A stretch of 64,000 nt of DNA. Source: a virus. Lineage: Duplodnaviria > Caudoviricetes. The DNA is taken from the IMG/VR virus record IMGVR_UViG_3300034175_000069; one strand, 5' to 3'. Positions 9,447 to 19,173 of this stretch are shown piece by piece. Within the stretch, counting starts at the first letter, position 1. Each line of letters begins with the position of its first letter. The notes beneath the pieces are model-generated. The model had not been told where the DNA came from. It saw only the letters and a list, made by a program, of their open reading frames with translations, and did not search any database. Both the position numbers and the translations under genes were made by a program.

Positions 9447-9823
9447 CAGTTGATCACCCCGGCCGCGCGCAGCTCGGTGCGCAGGTCGCGGACATCGTCG
9501 CTGGCGTGGTTGGCCAGCAGGTAGCCGTCCTCCAGGGTCTTCAGGTAGCTGTTCTGCCGCTCCCGGGCCCGCTCCACGGTCAACTCCATGTCCTCGGTCA
9601 GCTGCTGCCGCTGCCCGGTGCTCAGGACCGTGTAGCCCAGCTGAGCGGCCAGGTCCTTCAGCAGCTGCTCGGCGGAGGCCCGCAGGGTCAGGACGGTCAT
9701 GTCCGGATCGCCCAGCGTGCCTTCCAGCTTCAGCTGGAAGGTCTCGGCCGGGGTGCCCGCGTAGGCGGTGGAGACGAAGATCGTCTCGGCGGCGATGGTG
9801 GGAGTGGTGCTGGTCTGCGTCAT
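9446..9823 (-). CDS. hypothetical protein (MTQTST...), leaderless
   Basis: Promoter TTGACA-17-CATACT-6-ATG at 9824-9859. Confidence 0.75.
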   Translation of the reverse strand: MTQTSTTPTIAAETIFVSTAYAGTPAETFQLKLEGTLGDPDMTVLTLRASAEQLLKDLAAQLGYTVLSTGQRQQLTEDMELTVERARERQNSYLKTLEDGYLLANHASDDVRDLRTELRAAGVIN

Positions 9824-9878
9824 GGGAGAAGTATGCACCCTGATGTCAACAGTGTCAACAACCTTCGTGCGTGTTGTG

Positions 9879-10106
9879 TCAACCGGTGACGGGCGGCAGC
9901 ACCAGGAACAGCAGGCCGACCAGCACGAGGGTGGCGGCGATGACCGCCAGGAAGATCCAGCCGCGACGGACCAGCTCCTGCTCGGCCTTGCTCGGCGGGA
10001 CCGGGGGCTTGCGGGTCTGGGCCGGGATGAGCGATGTCCGGGGAGCCGCCTGGGGCGCTGGCCGGACGGCGGGCGGGGGAACGGGTGGGAGGGAGTGTCG
10101 GGGCAC
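9879..10106 (-). CDS. small membrane protein
   Basis: Pro-rich N-terminus and C-terminal TM helix WIFLAVIAATLVLVGLLFLVL. Confidence 0.55.
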   Translation of the reverse strand: MPRHSLPPVPPPAVRPAPQAAPRTSLIPAQTRKPPVPPSKAEQELVRRGWIFLAVIAATLVLVGLLFLVLPPVTG

Positions 10107-10171
10107 GGTCTCTCAACACAGCGAAGACCCGCACCCATCCTTCGGGTGCGGGTCCTCGGCGTGTCAACTGC

Positions 10172-11245
10172 TCAACGGTGGAGTGCGTACACCTTGTCGG
10201 TCACGACCAGCGGCTTGTCCTTCGGGCCCTTCACGAACGGCGCGATCCAGATCCGGGCCCGGTAGACACCGGGACCCATCTCCTGCGCCAGCGGGTGGTT
10301 GGGCCCGCAGGCCTGCCAGCGCCAGAAGCCACGGACCACCCAGCGGTGCGACCACTCCACCAGGGACTCGCCCTCGGACTTCTTGCTCTCGCGGTTGCGC
10401 AGCTGGATGACCGTGACCCGGTCCGGGATCCCGGCCCGCCCAGCCCGCTTGCGCCGGGACCTGTCAACCGGGGCGTCGGAGGTGTCGGTGATGGTCTGGC
10501 CCAGCAGCAGCCAGAAGGCGTGCATCAGGCGCATCGGGTTCGTGTACTGGTGCGGCACGTCCCCCTCGGCCAGGATCTCCGCCCGCTTGGCCTCGTCCGG
10601 TTCCACGGCGGCCGGACCCAGGCGGGTCTGGTCGTAGGCGGTCTCCGCCCCGATGAAGCCCCAGCGGCCCAGCAGCCGGTCCAGTGCCTCCACCTCGCCG
10701 GGACCCGGCGGGTTGCCGCTGCTGTCCACCGAGGTGGGCAGCAGCCGGTAGATGTCGTCGGGCTCCTCGCGGTGGTCGTTGAACAGGTAGATCACCGTGG
10801 CCTCGAAAGGCTCGCCCTTGTCGTGCCGGGGCTCGGCGTAGTTGGCCAGCACCGGCACCCAGACCGCCCAGCTGACCAGCATCTTCCGGCCGCGCACGTC
10901 GTAGAACGGCAGACCGCCCTCGAACCGGGCGATGCCCGATCGGGTCGGCATGATCGTCCGGTCGATCCGGTCCAGGTCGTCCAGCTGGCTGGCCGCGTAC
11001 TGCACGACCGTGCCCATCTCCGCGCTGACGTGGTAGGCCTCGGCCTTCGGCAGCGTGATCCGCAGGGCCTCGACCACGGCGGCCGACTGGGACTGGATCA
11101 GAGACTTCGGGGTGGCCTGCTTCAGCGGGTTGAACGGGGCCTTCAGGTCCAGGCTGACCTGGTGCCGCCAGGCCCGGCGGATGACCGGGTTCTCCAGCCG
11201 GACCATCAGGTCGGCCTTGTGGTCCAGCACCTCGGGAGCACGCAT
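10172..11245 (-). CDS. actinophage hypothetical protein
   Basis: C-terminal HRWVVRGFWRWQ...IWIAPFVKGP motif, which I recall from actinophage proteins of unknown function. Confidence 0.75.
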   Translation of the reverse strand: MRAPEVLDHKADLMVRLENPVIRRAWRHQVSLDLKAPFNPLKQATPKSLIQSQSAAVVEALRITLPKAEAYHVSAEMGTVVQYAASQLDDLDRIDRTIMPTRSGIARFEGGLPFYDVRGRKMLVSWAVWVPVLANYAEPRHDKGEPFEATVIYLFNDHREEPDDIYRLLPTSVDSSGNPPGPGEVEALDRLLGRWGFIGAETAYDQTRLGPAAVEPDEAKRAEILAEGDVPHQYTNPMRLMHAFWLLLGQTITDTSDAPVDRSRRKRAGRAGIPDRVTVIQLRNRESKKSEGESLVEWSHRWVVRGFWRWQACGPNHPLAQEMGPGVYRARIWIAPFVKGPKDKPLVVTDKVYALHR

Positions 11246-11804
11246 CAGCTCTCCACCACCTTCGCGGCCTTGGCCAGTTCCTCGGACTCGGTCAGGGGCA
11301 GTCCGCGCCCGAAGTCGTGCAGCACCTCCACGACACCGCTCCGCCGGGACGTGCACTCCAGGGAGCGGCTACCGGTCCGGGCGTAGCGCCAGCCCGGGGA
11401 CTCCCAGCGGGAGTTGACGTACCGGCGGCCGGGCGTGCGCCGTTCGCGGGTGAGCAGCGCCCGCTCCACCGTGCCGATCGTCTCGCCGTCCAGGCGGACC
11501 TGGTAGCGCGGCAGCTTGATCGGCTCGCGCTTGTGTACGGCATCGCGGGTGCTGGTCAGCACCAGCTCCACGGTGTGGTCCATCAGCGGGTCTCCTCCCA
11601 GTTCGTGACGGTGCGGCTCTCGACCAGCACCCGGTGGACGCTGGACCCGTAGACCCGGTGGTTGATCCCCCAGCCGTGCGTGCGGGCGGCGTCCTCGGTC
11701 GGGAACGGGCCGTTCGGGTGTGCTGCGACCCGCCGCTGCGCAGGCTGACGGCAGTACGTGCACGGGTCCTCCGTGCACTCGATGACCGCCTGGAACTCCT
11801 CCAT
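11245..11804 (-). other. Two small hypothetical genes (11245-11583, 11583-11804)
   Basis: TGATG coupling; the second has CTYC. Confidence 0.6.
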
Positions 11805-12421
11805 CAGAGGAAGTCCGTCGTGATGATCCGAGCGCCCATCCGCTGCATGTCGTCCAGCGCCACCTTCGTGGTGCCCTCCGCGACCCCGGCGGTCAGGTTC
11901 TTGATCACCCGGACCTCGGCCAGGCCCGACAGCTGGAGGGCGTCCAGCGTGGACTGGTAGACGCAGTAGTCGGTGGCCAGGCCGACCACGTCCATGCTGG
12001 TCACGTTGTAGCGGCCCAGGTTCCAGCTCATCGGCTGGCGGGTCAGCGCGCCCTCACCCTGGAAGGCCGAGTAGTCCGGCCGACCCATGCCCTTGACGAT
12101 CTCGACCCACCGGCCCAGGCGGCCGGACAGGGTCGGGATCAGGTCGGGGTGGTAGTCCGCCCCGGCGGTGTTCCGCACGCAGTGCACCGGCCACGTGTGG
12201 ACGTAGTCGGGGTCCTCACCCTCGGGGGCGAAGTGCCCGCCGTTGGTGTCCGGCAGGGCGTTGTGCACGTCCCGGCTGGCGAACACCATCGGGTAGAGCC
12301 CCGGGCGGGTGTCCAGCAGCTGGGCGATCCCAGCGGCGACGGCGTTGCCGCCCTCGACGGCGAGTGCGCCGCCCTCACAGAAGTCTCGCTGCACGTCCAC
12401 GATCAGCAGTGCTCGGGCCAT
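11804..12421 (-). CDS. pncA: Nicotinamidase/pyrazinamidase (isochorismatase family)
   Basis: LLIVDVQRDFCEGGALAV, RDVH, WPVHC, KG...YSAF, GLATDYCV catalytic motifs. Confidence 0.93.
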   Translation of the reverse strand: MARALLIVDVQRDFCEGGALAVEGGNAVAAGIAQLLDTRPGLYPMVFASRDVHNALPDTNGGHFAPEGEDPDYVHTWPVHCVRNTAGADYHPDLIPTLSGRLGRWVEIVKGMGRPDYSAFQGEGALTRQPMSWNLGRYNVTSMDVVGLATDYCVYQSTLDALQLSGLAEVRVIKNLTAGVAEGTTKVALDDMQRMGARIITTDFL

Positions 12422-12430
12422 CTCGGTCTC

Positions 12431-12547
12431 CTAGTTGCTCAGGGCCCGCAGGCGTCGTGCCTGGAGCCGCCACATCAGCAGCGCGGTACGGATCTGGCCC
12501 ATCTGCGGGGCGGTTGCCTCGGTCTGGAAGATCCCGTTCTGCGTCAT
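12431..12547 (-). CDS. 38-aa leaderless protein MTQNGIFQTEATAPQMGQIRTALLMWRLQARRLRALSN
   Basis: Promoter TTGACA-17-CATACT-6-ATG at 12548-12583; its stop is followed by the RBS of pncA. Confidence 0.6.
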   Translation of the reverse strand: MTQNGIFQTEATAPQMGQIRTALLMWRLQARRLRALSN

Positions 12548-12592
12548 GGGGAAAGTATGCACTCTAGTGTCAACAGTGTCAACGAACTAGAG

Positions 12593-13448
12593 CTAGGGCG
12601 TGTCGGTCACGACGTACTCGGGGCCCGTGACCCAGCGCTTGGCCATCCGCAGCGCCCGGCCGGGGTACTGCGGGCGGAGCCGGTTCCAGTGCCGGTTGGC
12701 CTCGAACTGGTCGCTGGTCCAGCGGTAGGCGGGGATCCAGTCCCCGGCTGAGTTCAGGTACTCCACGCGGTACTCGGCCGCGAAGCTGGAGGTGTCCAGC
12801 AGCCGCATCGTGTTGGCGGCCACCACGAACTCGGCCGCGTTCCGGGCGGCCAGGCGCGGATCGCCCAGGAAGCTGGCCACCGGTTCGTCGTCCTGCGGGT
12901 TGCCGGTGCCCGCGCCCTCGTAGACGTGCTCGGGCCGGTGCGTGCCGACCCGGAAGACCCCGGACGCGGTCACGAGATGCCCGCTGCCACGGTGAAGATC
13001 AGTCCGGCCGTGCAGAGCCCGAGGTAGAACGCCTGATGGGAGGACTGCGGACGGCGGGCGAAGATGCCCATCAGGATCAGGAAGGAGATCGCCAGGAGAA
13101 CGGTGGGCATCAGACACCCACCAGCACGCCGGGCTGGCCCTCGATGACCACCCGGAAGGACTGGACCTGCTCGGTGCGGACGCGCTTGATCTGGCTGTAG
13201 CGGGCCTCGGGGCCCTCCCAGGCGGTGTACTGCTCCCACCGGCCGCCGGTCCGCCACTCGATGCACGAGCGGCCAGCGGGCTCGGCCTCCACGATCAGGG
13301 GCGTGCCGTCCTCGTCCAGGGCGGTGAAGGCGCGCTGCTCGGCCCACTGCTCGGCCTGCCAGCGGAAGCGGGTCTCGAAGGTGGTCCACGGGTCGGACAG
13401 GCGGTCCTTGCCCAGGACACGGAACACGGTGGTTCGGGTCTGCGTCAT
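12593..13448 (-). other. Three small genes (12593-12973, 12970-13110 membrane peptide, 13110-13448 MTQTRT...)
   Basis: Coupled overlaps; 13448 is preceded by TTGCGC-17-TAGAGT-6. Confidence 0.65.
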
Positions 13449-13504
13449 GCCCTCACTCTAGTTGACAATGTTGAGCTGCGCAAGACATACATCCGTGTGT
13501 CAAC
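13449..13504. promoter_or_regulatory. Divergent promoter region between the left arm and the central block, with two motif copies
   Basis: GTTGACA 13461 and TGTCAAC 13498; candidate -10 boxes on both strands. Confidence 0.65.
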
Positions 13505-13762
13505 ATGGAAGGCATGAGCATGAAGAACGGAGACGCAGCCATCGCCGTCGAGTGGGCGGCCAAGGGCTGGGTCGCCTACATCAACGAGATGACCGCTGGA
13601 CTCCCTGCAACTCACCCGGTCGATCTGCGGATCCGGGCCGCTGCCGAGTACGCCGGGTTCGGGAAGCTGCCGACCTGGCTGGAGGACGCCGTCCGCGTGC
13701 GGCTGTCCGCCCAGCGCGGTGAGGCCCTGGTGCGCCAGCTGGGGGCCCGGCGGGCCGGGTGA
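13505..13762 (+). CDS. hypothetical protein
   Basis: GC3-biased ORF, first gene of the plus-strand block. Confidence 0.6.
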   Translation: MEGMSMKNGDAAIAVEWAAKGWVAYINEMTAGLPATHPVDLRIRAAAEYAGFGKLPTWLEDAVRVRLSAQRGEALVRQLGARRAG

Positions 13763-13798
13763 ACAACTGGTTGACACGGAATCTGCGACACTCGCGCC

Positions 13799-14188
13799 AT
13801 GACCGATCCCGATCCCGACAAGGACCCCGCCGACATCCCGCCGCACCTGGCCGAGCCGCCGATGGCGGAGATGGTGCCCCGGCCCATCGAGGTCTCGCCG
13901 ATCCACTTCCGGGCGCACGGCCGGTGCTACGCCGCCTTCGTCGTGGACGTGATCAGCGAGGACCCGATGTCCCCGGAGTTCCTGGTGGACGCCGTCGTCT
14001 TCGCACCGCGCGATCGTGCGCGCAAGGACCGGTTCAGCAACGCCAGCAAGCTGCCGGGCTCGGTCCGGTGGGCGAACAACCTGCACTACGCGCTGCCCGC
14101 CGCCGACGGGACCTGGCAGGACACGACCTGGCACTACCCGGGCCGCCAGTGCCTGCCGGAGGTGGTGCTCCGTGGCGCAGACGCCTGA
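13799..14188 (+). CDS. hypothetical protein, leaderless
   Basis: GTTGACA 13770, GACACT 13787-13792, 6 nt, then ATG. Confidence 0.7.
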   Translation: MTDPDPDKDPADIPPHLAEPPMAEMVPRPIEVSPIHFRAHGRCYAAFVVDVISEDPMSPEFLVDAVVFAPRDRARKDRFSNASKLPGSVRWANNLHYALPAADGTWQDTTWHYPGRQCLPEVVLRGADA

Positions 14189-14474
14189 GCCCCTGGAGGG
14201 GCTGATCGTGGAGCCCCCGGCCGGTCCCACGGTCATGCGCAAGGCCCACCAGGACGCCATGCGCAAGACCAGCGCGATGGTGAAGGCGCACCTGAAGGAT
14301 CCGGAGGAGGTCGAGGACTTCGTCCGGGCGACCGTGCTCAGCTACCTGGCCGAGTGGTCGGTGATCTACACGCAGGGCGCTCGGGAGGCGGCGGAGACCA
14401 CCTCCCGGGTGATCCTCCAGATCCGCCAGGACACGGTCCAGCAGATGACCGACGAGCTGCGGCCGAAGGACTGA
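14172..14474 (+). CDS. hypothetical protein
   Basis: GTG start inferred; helical sequence with GC3 bias. Confidence 0.6.
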   Translation: MAQTPEPLEGLIVEPPAGPTVMRKAHQDAMRKTSAMVKAHLKDPEEVEDFVRATVLSYLAEWSVIYTQGAREAAETTSRVILQIRQDTVQQMTDELRPKD

Positions 14475-14542
14475 GCTGCGTGCCCCGGCCGTGGAGCCGA
14501 ACTTGACCGGCCGGGGCGCGCTCAGTCTGCCAGGATGCCCGC

Positions 14543-14812
14543 ATGGCCTTGGGCATCCAGGAGATCGTCCGGCGCATGGGGTTCCACCCGGCGACCGTGA
14601 CCACCATCCCGATCTTCGAGGAGAACAGGCACCAGGCCATCGAGTTCGCGCTGTACCTGGACGAGACCCTGCCCGACGGCCGGGACAAGTCCCTGGCGCT
14701 GACCGCCCTCCAGGAGTGCCTGATGTGGGCGAACGCGGCGGTGGCCTGCGTCAGCCCGCTGGAGGACAAGCACCTGCCCCATGACCTGCCGCCCGGCGAG
14801 CACCTGGGGTAA
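14543..14812 (+). CDS. Acb2/Tad1-like helical hairpin protein (putative immune-signal sponge)
   Basis: RRMGFHP...LPDGRDKSLALTALQECLMWANAAVA matches my recollection of the F.YH.P...P.GREKSLA.T.LEE..MWANAAIA family pattern. Confidence 0.65.
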   Translation: MALGIQEIVRRMGFHPATVTTIPIFEENRHQAIEFALYLDETLPDGRDKSLALTALQECLMWANAAVACVSPLEDKHLPHDLPPGEHLG

Positions 14813-14834
14813 GCCCAGCACGACCCGGTAGCTT

Positions 14835-16529
14835 ATGGGTGATCAGCCCGTTGCCCCGCGTTATCTGGAGGACCGAGTGGGTGCCACTCCCGGCCTTGGC
14901 TTGACCTGGCCCGAGATGACCGATCCGGCAGACGGGCCAGATGCCTTCTCGGATCTCGCCGGTCAGGTCGAGAGCTACGTGCTCAACCGCACCCCGGTCA
15001 CCGGTGTCAACCACTACCCGATCCACGACTGGGGCTCGGGCAACGTCCTGCCCGAGAACGCCCGGGTCGGGGACACCTTCTGGCACACCGGGCTGAAGTG
15101 CCGCCTCTGGAACGGCGGATCGACCACCGTCGGGACGGTCACGACGCCGATCTGGCACCAGGCCACGCTGGCCCGGGTAGCCGACCGCGCCGCGCGCCTG
15201 GTCATCTCGGCGAGCTACCCGACGGTCATCTTCGGCGGCTACCAGGTCCAGCAGATTGACGATGGGTCGATCTGGAGCTGGTCCGGTACCGACTGGAAGG
15301 CCGTCGGAGCCGGAGCTGGCGGGGGCGGGGGCAGGCCGGTCCAGGAGACCCTGACCGTCCCCTACGCCTACGACGCTGGAGCCAACCAGTTCACCGGGCC
15401 GAACCCTCCACCGACCGGGGTCCAGCCAGCGATTCCGCCCTTCTCCACTGTCGCCCCTTCTGTGGGCGTCTACGACAACAAGATGTGGGTGTTCGGCAGC
15501 TCGAACACCTACACCAGTGGCGGCGTGACCGGCGGGCTCTGCGCGTACTACGACTTCGCGGCGAACACCTGGACGATGCGGCAGTCCATGCCGACGGTCC
15601 GTTACGGGATGGCCGGAGCGTGGAGTGGCGGGAAGTTCTACGCCATCGCTGGCTACAACGGGGCCAACCGGAACGATATGTACGACCCGGTCACCAACAC
15701 CTGGCTGGCCAAGGCGTCGATACCAACCGCTGTCAACTACCCCGCCGTAGCAGAACTCGACGGCAAGATCTACGTCATCGGTGGCTCCACGAACACCAGC
15801 TACAGCGGTGCATCGAACCTCGTCCAGGTCTACGACACGGTGACCAACACCTGGGAGACCAGGGCGACGATGCCGACCCTCCGGAGTCGGTGCGCCGCCT
15901 TCGTCTACGGCGGCAAGATCTATGTGTTCGGCGGGCTGAGCAACGGATCGTCCACGCTTGGTGTGCTGGAGATGTACGACCCGGCCACCAACATCTGGGT
16001 GGGCAAGGCCGCAGGCCCGAGCACGTACATGCACAGCCTGCTGGTGCACACAGCGCCTGCGGGTGCACCGATCACCACGCCGATGGTCTATGTGTTCGGC
16101 GGTCCTGATTACCCGAACTACATCAGCACCTACAACCCGGTGACGAACATCTGGCAGAGCCTGGGATGGCTGGTCAGCACCTCCTATCTGTTCTCGGTCG
16201 CCACCAGTGGTCCTACGCAGCGCTACGTTCAGAACGGCGGAGCGGCCGTCTACGGCCAGCGGTTCTGGTTCATCGGTGGAGACGGCAACGCCCCTGGCAA
16301 CGCCTTCTGGTGGTACCGGTGGTACGGCTGGAAGGCGAACCCGATCCGGACCCTGGATGGTCCGTCGATTCTTGCCATCATGGAGCCCAACATCACGCTC
16401 CGGAACAACCAGACCCTCTACGAGGGCTCGATCGTTGCCGGGATCCTCAACCAGACCATGACGCCCTACGGGGAGCGGATCCAGAACCGCGACATCGACG
16501 TGCTCAACATCGTCAACGCCGGAGGCTGA
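14835..16529 (+). CDS. Kelch-repeat beta-propeller protein, probably virion/tail-associated
   Basis: Repeated GG...YD(P/T)xTNxW units (GKIYVIGG, GKIYVFGG, MVYVFGG); N-terminal LGLTWPEMTDPADGPDAFSDLA resembles actinophage minor tail proteins. Confidence 0.85.
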   Translation: MGDQPVAPRYLEDRVGATPGLGLTWPEMTDPADGPDAFSDLAGQVESYVLNRTPVTGVNHYPIHDWGSGNVLPENARVGDTFWHTGLKCRLWNGGSTTVGTVTTPIWHQATLARVADRAARLVISASYPTVIFGGYQVQQIDDGSIWSWSGTDWKAVGAGAGGGGGRPVQETLTVPYAYDAGANQFTGPNPPPTGVQPAIPPFSTVAPSVGVYDNKMWVFGSSNTYTSGGVTGGLCAYYDFAANTWTMRQSMPTVRYGMAGAWSGGKFYAIAGYNGANRNDMYDPVTNTWLAKASIPTAVNYPAVAELDGKIYVIGGSTNTSYSGASNLVQVYDTVTNTWETRATMPTLRSRCAAFVYGGKIYVFGGLSNGSSTLGVLEMYDPATNIWVGKAAGPSTYMHSLLVHTAPAGAPITTPMVYVFGGPDYPNYISTYNPVTNIWQSLGWLVSTSYLFSVATSGPTQRYVQNGGAAVYGQRFWFIGGDGNAPGNAFWWYRWYGWKANPIRTLDGPSILAIMEPNITLRNNQTLYEGSIVAGILNQTMTPYGERIQNRDIDVLNIVNAGG

Positions 16530-16534
16530 CAGCT

Positions 16535-16993
16535 ATGACCACGCCCACTGCCACCGACCCCACCGCGCCCACCGTGGCCGACGTGCGGAACGCGCTGGAC
16601 TCCCTGTCCGACGAGCAGCGTCCCGACGGTGAGATCACCGACGCCCAGATCACCGCTGCGATCGAGGCGGTGGATCCGGCGGCGATCATCGCGGCCGAGG
16701 ACGCTCATTGGACGGTGCAGCTCTGGGACCGCCGGTCGCCGATCAACGACGCCAAGGCCGAGCAGATCTTCGCCTCCCGGGACGACATCCCGGGGGTCGG
16801 GGATGTCGTGCTGGTGCTCCGGGACGACCAGGTCACCATGCTCCAGCCGCACCTGCCCAACGTCGCTGGCATCCAGCCGATCCCGGTTGGCCGAGGAGCT
16901 GCGGTGGGGGAGGAGCTGCGCCAGGAGCTGGCCCGGAACCGGGCGTCCGCCGAGGTCATCCAGGGGATCCTCACGCACTTCGGCGTGAGCTGA
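16535..16993 (+). CDS. hypothetical protein
   Basis: ATG at 16535 directly after the Kelch gene; GC3 bias. Confidence 0.7.
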   Translation: MTTPTATDPTAPTVADVRNALDSLSDEQRPDGEITDAQITAAIEAVDPAAIIAAEDAHWTVQLWDRRSPINDAKAEQIFASRDDIPGVGDVVLVLRDDQVTMLQPHLPNVAGIQPIPVGRGAAVGEELRQELARNRASAEVIQGILTHFGVS

Positions 16994-17000
16994 GCCGTTC

Positions 17001-17339
17001 GTGATCGAGCACTCGCGCACGCTGGCTCCCGGCTGGACCGAGGAGCAGCTGGAGCTGACCGAGGCGCACGTCCGGGAGCACCTGGCGTCGATTGCCGACG
17101 CCGACGACGACCCGAGCACCCAGGCCGAGGACGTGCGGTTGACGCGGCGGCGGGAGGAGGACGGCGGGCTGACCATCGTCGGCTACCTCGATGCCGAGCC
17201 GAACGCCCCGTACCTCCAGCCCGGGTACGACCCGGACGCCGAGGCCCGTCCCGACTGGTTGACATGGACCCCGGCGGACCAGCCGGACTGGGATCCGCAC
17301 GCCGCTGACCCGGCCGAGCCCGAGGAGCCCTCGAAGTGA
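17001..17339 (+). CDS. acidic hypothetical protein
   Basis: GC3-biased ORF with a GTGA overlap onto the lysin gene. Confidence 0.65.
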   Translation: MIEHSRTLAPGWTEEQLELTEAHVREHLASIADADDDPSTQAEDVRLTRRREEDGGLTIVGYLDAEPNAPYLQPGYDPDAEARPDWLTWTPADQPDWDPHAADPAEPEEPSK

Positions 17340-18154
17340 GCCTGGTCTTCGCCCGCGCCCTGGCGGAGTTCATGTCCGCGCACGGCGTCCAGGTCACCTG
17401 GGAGCCCGGCGCGGAAGTGCGGGGCAACGGCCAGGTGTCGGCCTACCAGGGCGTCTCGGTCCACCACACGGCGACGGCGTCCTCCACGAAGTCCCCCGGG
17501 GTGCTCACCGCCGGGCGGCCGGACCTCTCCGCCCCGCTGTGCAACTCATCGGGCCCCTCGGACGGCCGGTTCCACATCGTGGCGGTCAACCCGGCCAACC
17601 ACGCCGGTGCCTCTGGTGGCTGGGACACCGCGCCGCTGCCGAAGACCGGGCTGTTCAACAAGCTCATGTGGGGCCACGAGACGGTCTACGAGGGCACGAA
17701 GCCCATGAACGACGCCCAGTACCGGACCGCCACGATCCTCGGTGCCGGTGTCTGCCGTCTGCTCGGCCACGACTACGACCCGCGCTGGGTGAAGTTCCAC
17801 CAGGGCACTTCCGTCACCGGCAAATGGGACCCGGGCTACGCCTCGGGGAAGACCTACGACATCAACGAGTTCCGCTCCAAGGTGCTCATCGTGATGAAGG
17901 GCCAGGCTCCGGCCCCGGTCCAGATCAAGACTTCGGAGGACGACACGATGTACATCAGCTGCGCCAAGAAGAACGTCACCGCCATCTACTCCGGCGGCAT
18001 CCTCACCGGGCTGGCATCGGCGGGGGAGATCAAGAGCATGGAGGGCGAGGTGGCCGCTGGCCGCGCTGCCCGGCAGTGGGTCGAGGACTTCACCTTCGAC
18101 GCCCTGGACCGCCGGTCCAAGCTGCTCACCGGAGAGATCAAGCCCTCCACCTGA
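17336..18154 (+). CDS. Endolysin, N-acetylmuramoyl-L-alanine amidase (type 2)
   Basis: VHHTAT, GRPDL..PLCN, ANHAG, GHE, FH...KWDPG motifs typical of actinophage amidases. Confidence 0.88.
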   Translation: MSLVFARALAEFMSAHGVQVTWEPGAEVRGNGQVSAYQGVSVHHTATASSTKSPGVLTAGRPDLSAPLCNSSGPSDGRFHIVAVNPANHAGASGGWDTAPLPKTGLFNKLMWGHETVYEGTKPMNDAQYRTATILGAGVCRLLGHDYDPRWVKFHQGTSVTGKWDPGYASGKTYDINEFRSKVLIVMKGQAPAPVQIKTSEDDTMYISCAKKNVTAIYSGGILTGLASAGEIKSMEGEVAAGRAARQWVEDFTFDALDRRSKLLTGEIKPST

Positions 18155-18498
18155 TCGAGGGAAGCGCCTCGTTCGGCGAGGTGGCACACTGAGTCACGTC
18201 GGACGGCCGCTGCGTTGCGACTCGGGCCCCCCAACTGCGTCTGTAGGGGGGCCCGACCCATGTCCAGGCCCAGGTCAGCGCACCGGGGACGGCTGGGTCA
18301 GGCGCAGCTTCAGCAGCGGCTCCCGCTCCGTCCGGTGCCGGATGATCCGCTCCCCGGTCGCCACGTCCGTCACATCGACTCCGTCGGGGATGATCAGTGC
18401 CAGGCCGACCACGACACCGTGCTGCTGACTCCGAGGCAGTCTCATTCGTTCCCCCTGCGAGTGTGGATCCTGTTGACAATCAAGATTATTCTTACCGC

Positions 18499-18756
18499 AT
18501 GACTGAGTCTCAACCAACTAGGCCCGCCGTGCCACCGACGCCGAAGACCCGTCCGGCCCCAGGCACGGCGGTGGTCCGGCGAGGCTCCGAGGACACCGGC
18601 GTCGTGGTCGAGACCGACGACTGGTACGACACCCTGCGGATCCGGGGGAAGGCGCTCAGCACGCAGGTGCTGGTCGAGTGGGAGCGCGGCGAGAATCCGG
18701 TCCGGCTCTGGGAACTGCTCTCTGACCTGGACTTTCCCGCAGATACCAAGTCGTGA
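18499..18756 (+). CDS. hypothetical protein (SH3/KOW-like pattern), leaderless
   Basis: GTTGACA 18472, 8 nt, TATTCT, 6 nt, ATG 18499. Confidence 0.65.
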   Translation: MTESQPTRPAVPPTPKTRPAPGTAVVRRGSEDTGVVVETDDWYDTLRIRGKALSTQVLVEWERGENPVRLWELLSDLDFPADTKS

Positions 18757-18820
18757 TGATGACGCTGGCCTGATCCTGGGTACCGGAACTCCGGGGGACG
18801 GATCAGCGTCAGGGGATCAG

Positions 18821-19093
18821 GTGCCAGAGCACGTCCGGATCAACGTCCACGACATCACACCGCGCACCGCGCCGCCCTACATCCGCGTCACGCACGCCGA
18901 GCGCATGGGCCCCGACGTGCTGTCAGGCTCCGGGAGCCTGCTGCTGGTCGGCCCGCTGGGCGTGAACTACTACATCGAGCGGGCCGACAGCGACTCCGTC
19001 TACCTCCGCCGCTTCGACATGCCCTCCAGCACGGGTCACAAGTCGGTCACGATCAAGGATCGGGCGGGGGCCTGGAGCTTCATCCGGACCTAG
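18821..19093 (+). CDS. hypothetical protein
   Basis: GC3-biased ORF upstream of TerL. Confidence 0.55.
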   Translation: MPEHVRINVHDITPRTAPPYIRVTHAERMGPDVLSGSGSLLLVGPLGVNYYIERADSDSVYLRRFDMPSSTGHKSVTIKDRAGAWSFIRT

Positions 19094-19173
19094 AAGTCGG
19101 CGGGCAGCTGTGCGCTCAGGTAGTTCACGCCCGAAGGATCTGCACGCACGCTGCGTGCCAGTAGCCTGGCAGC

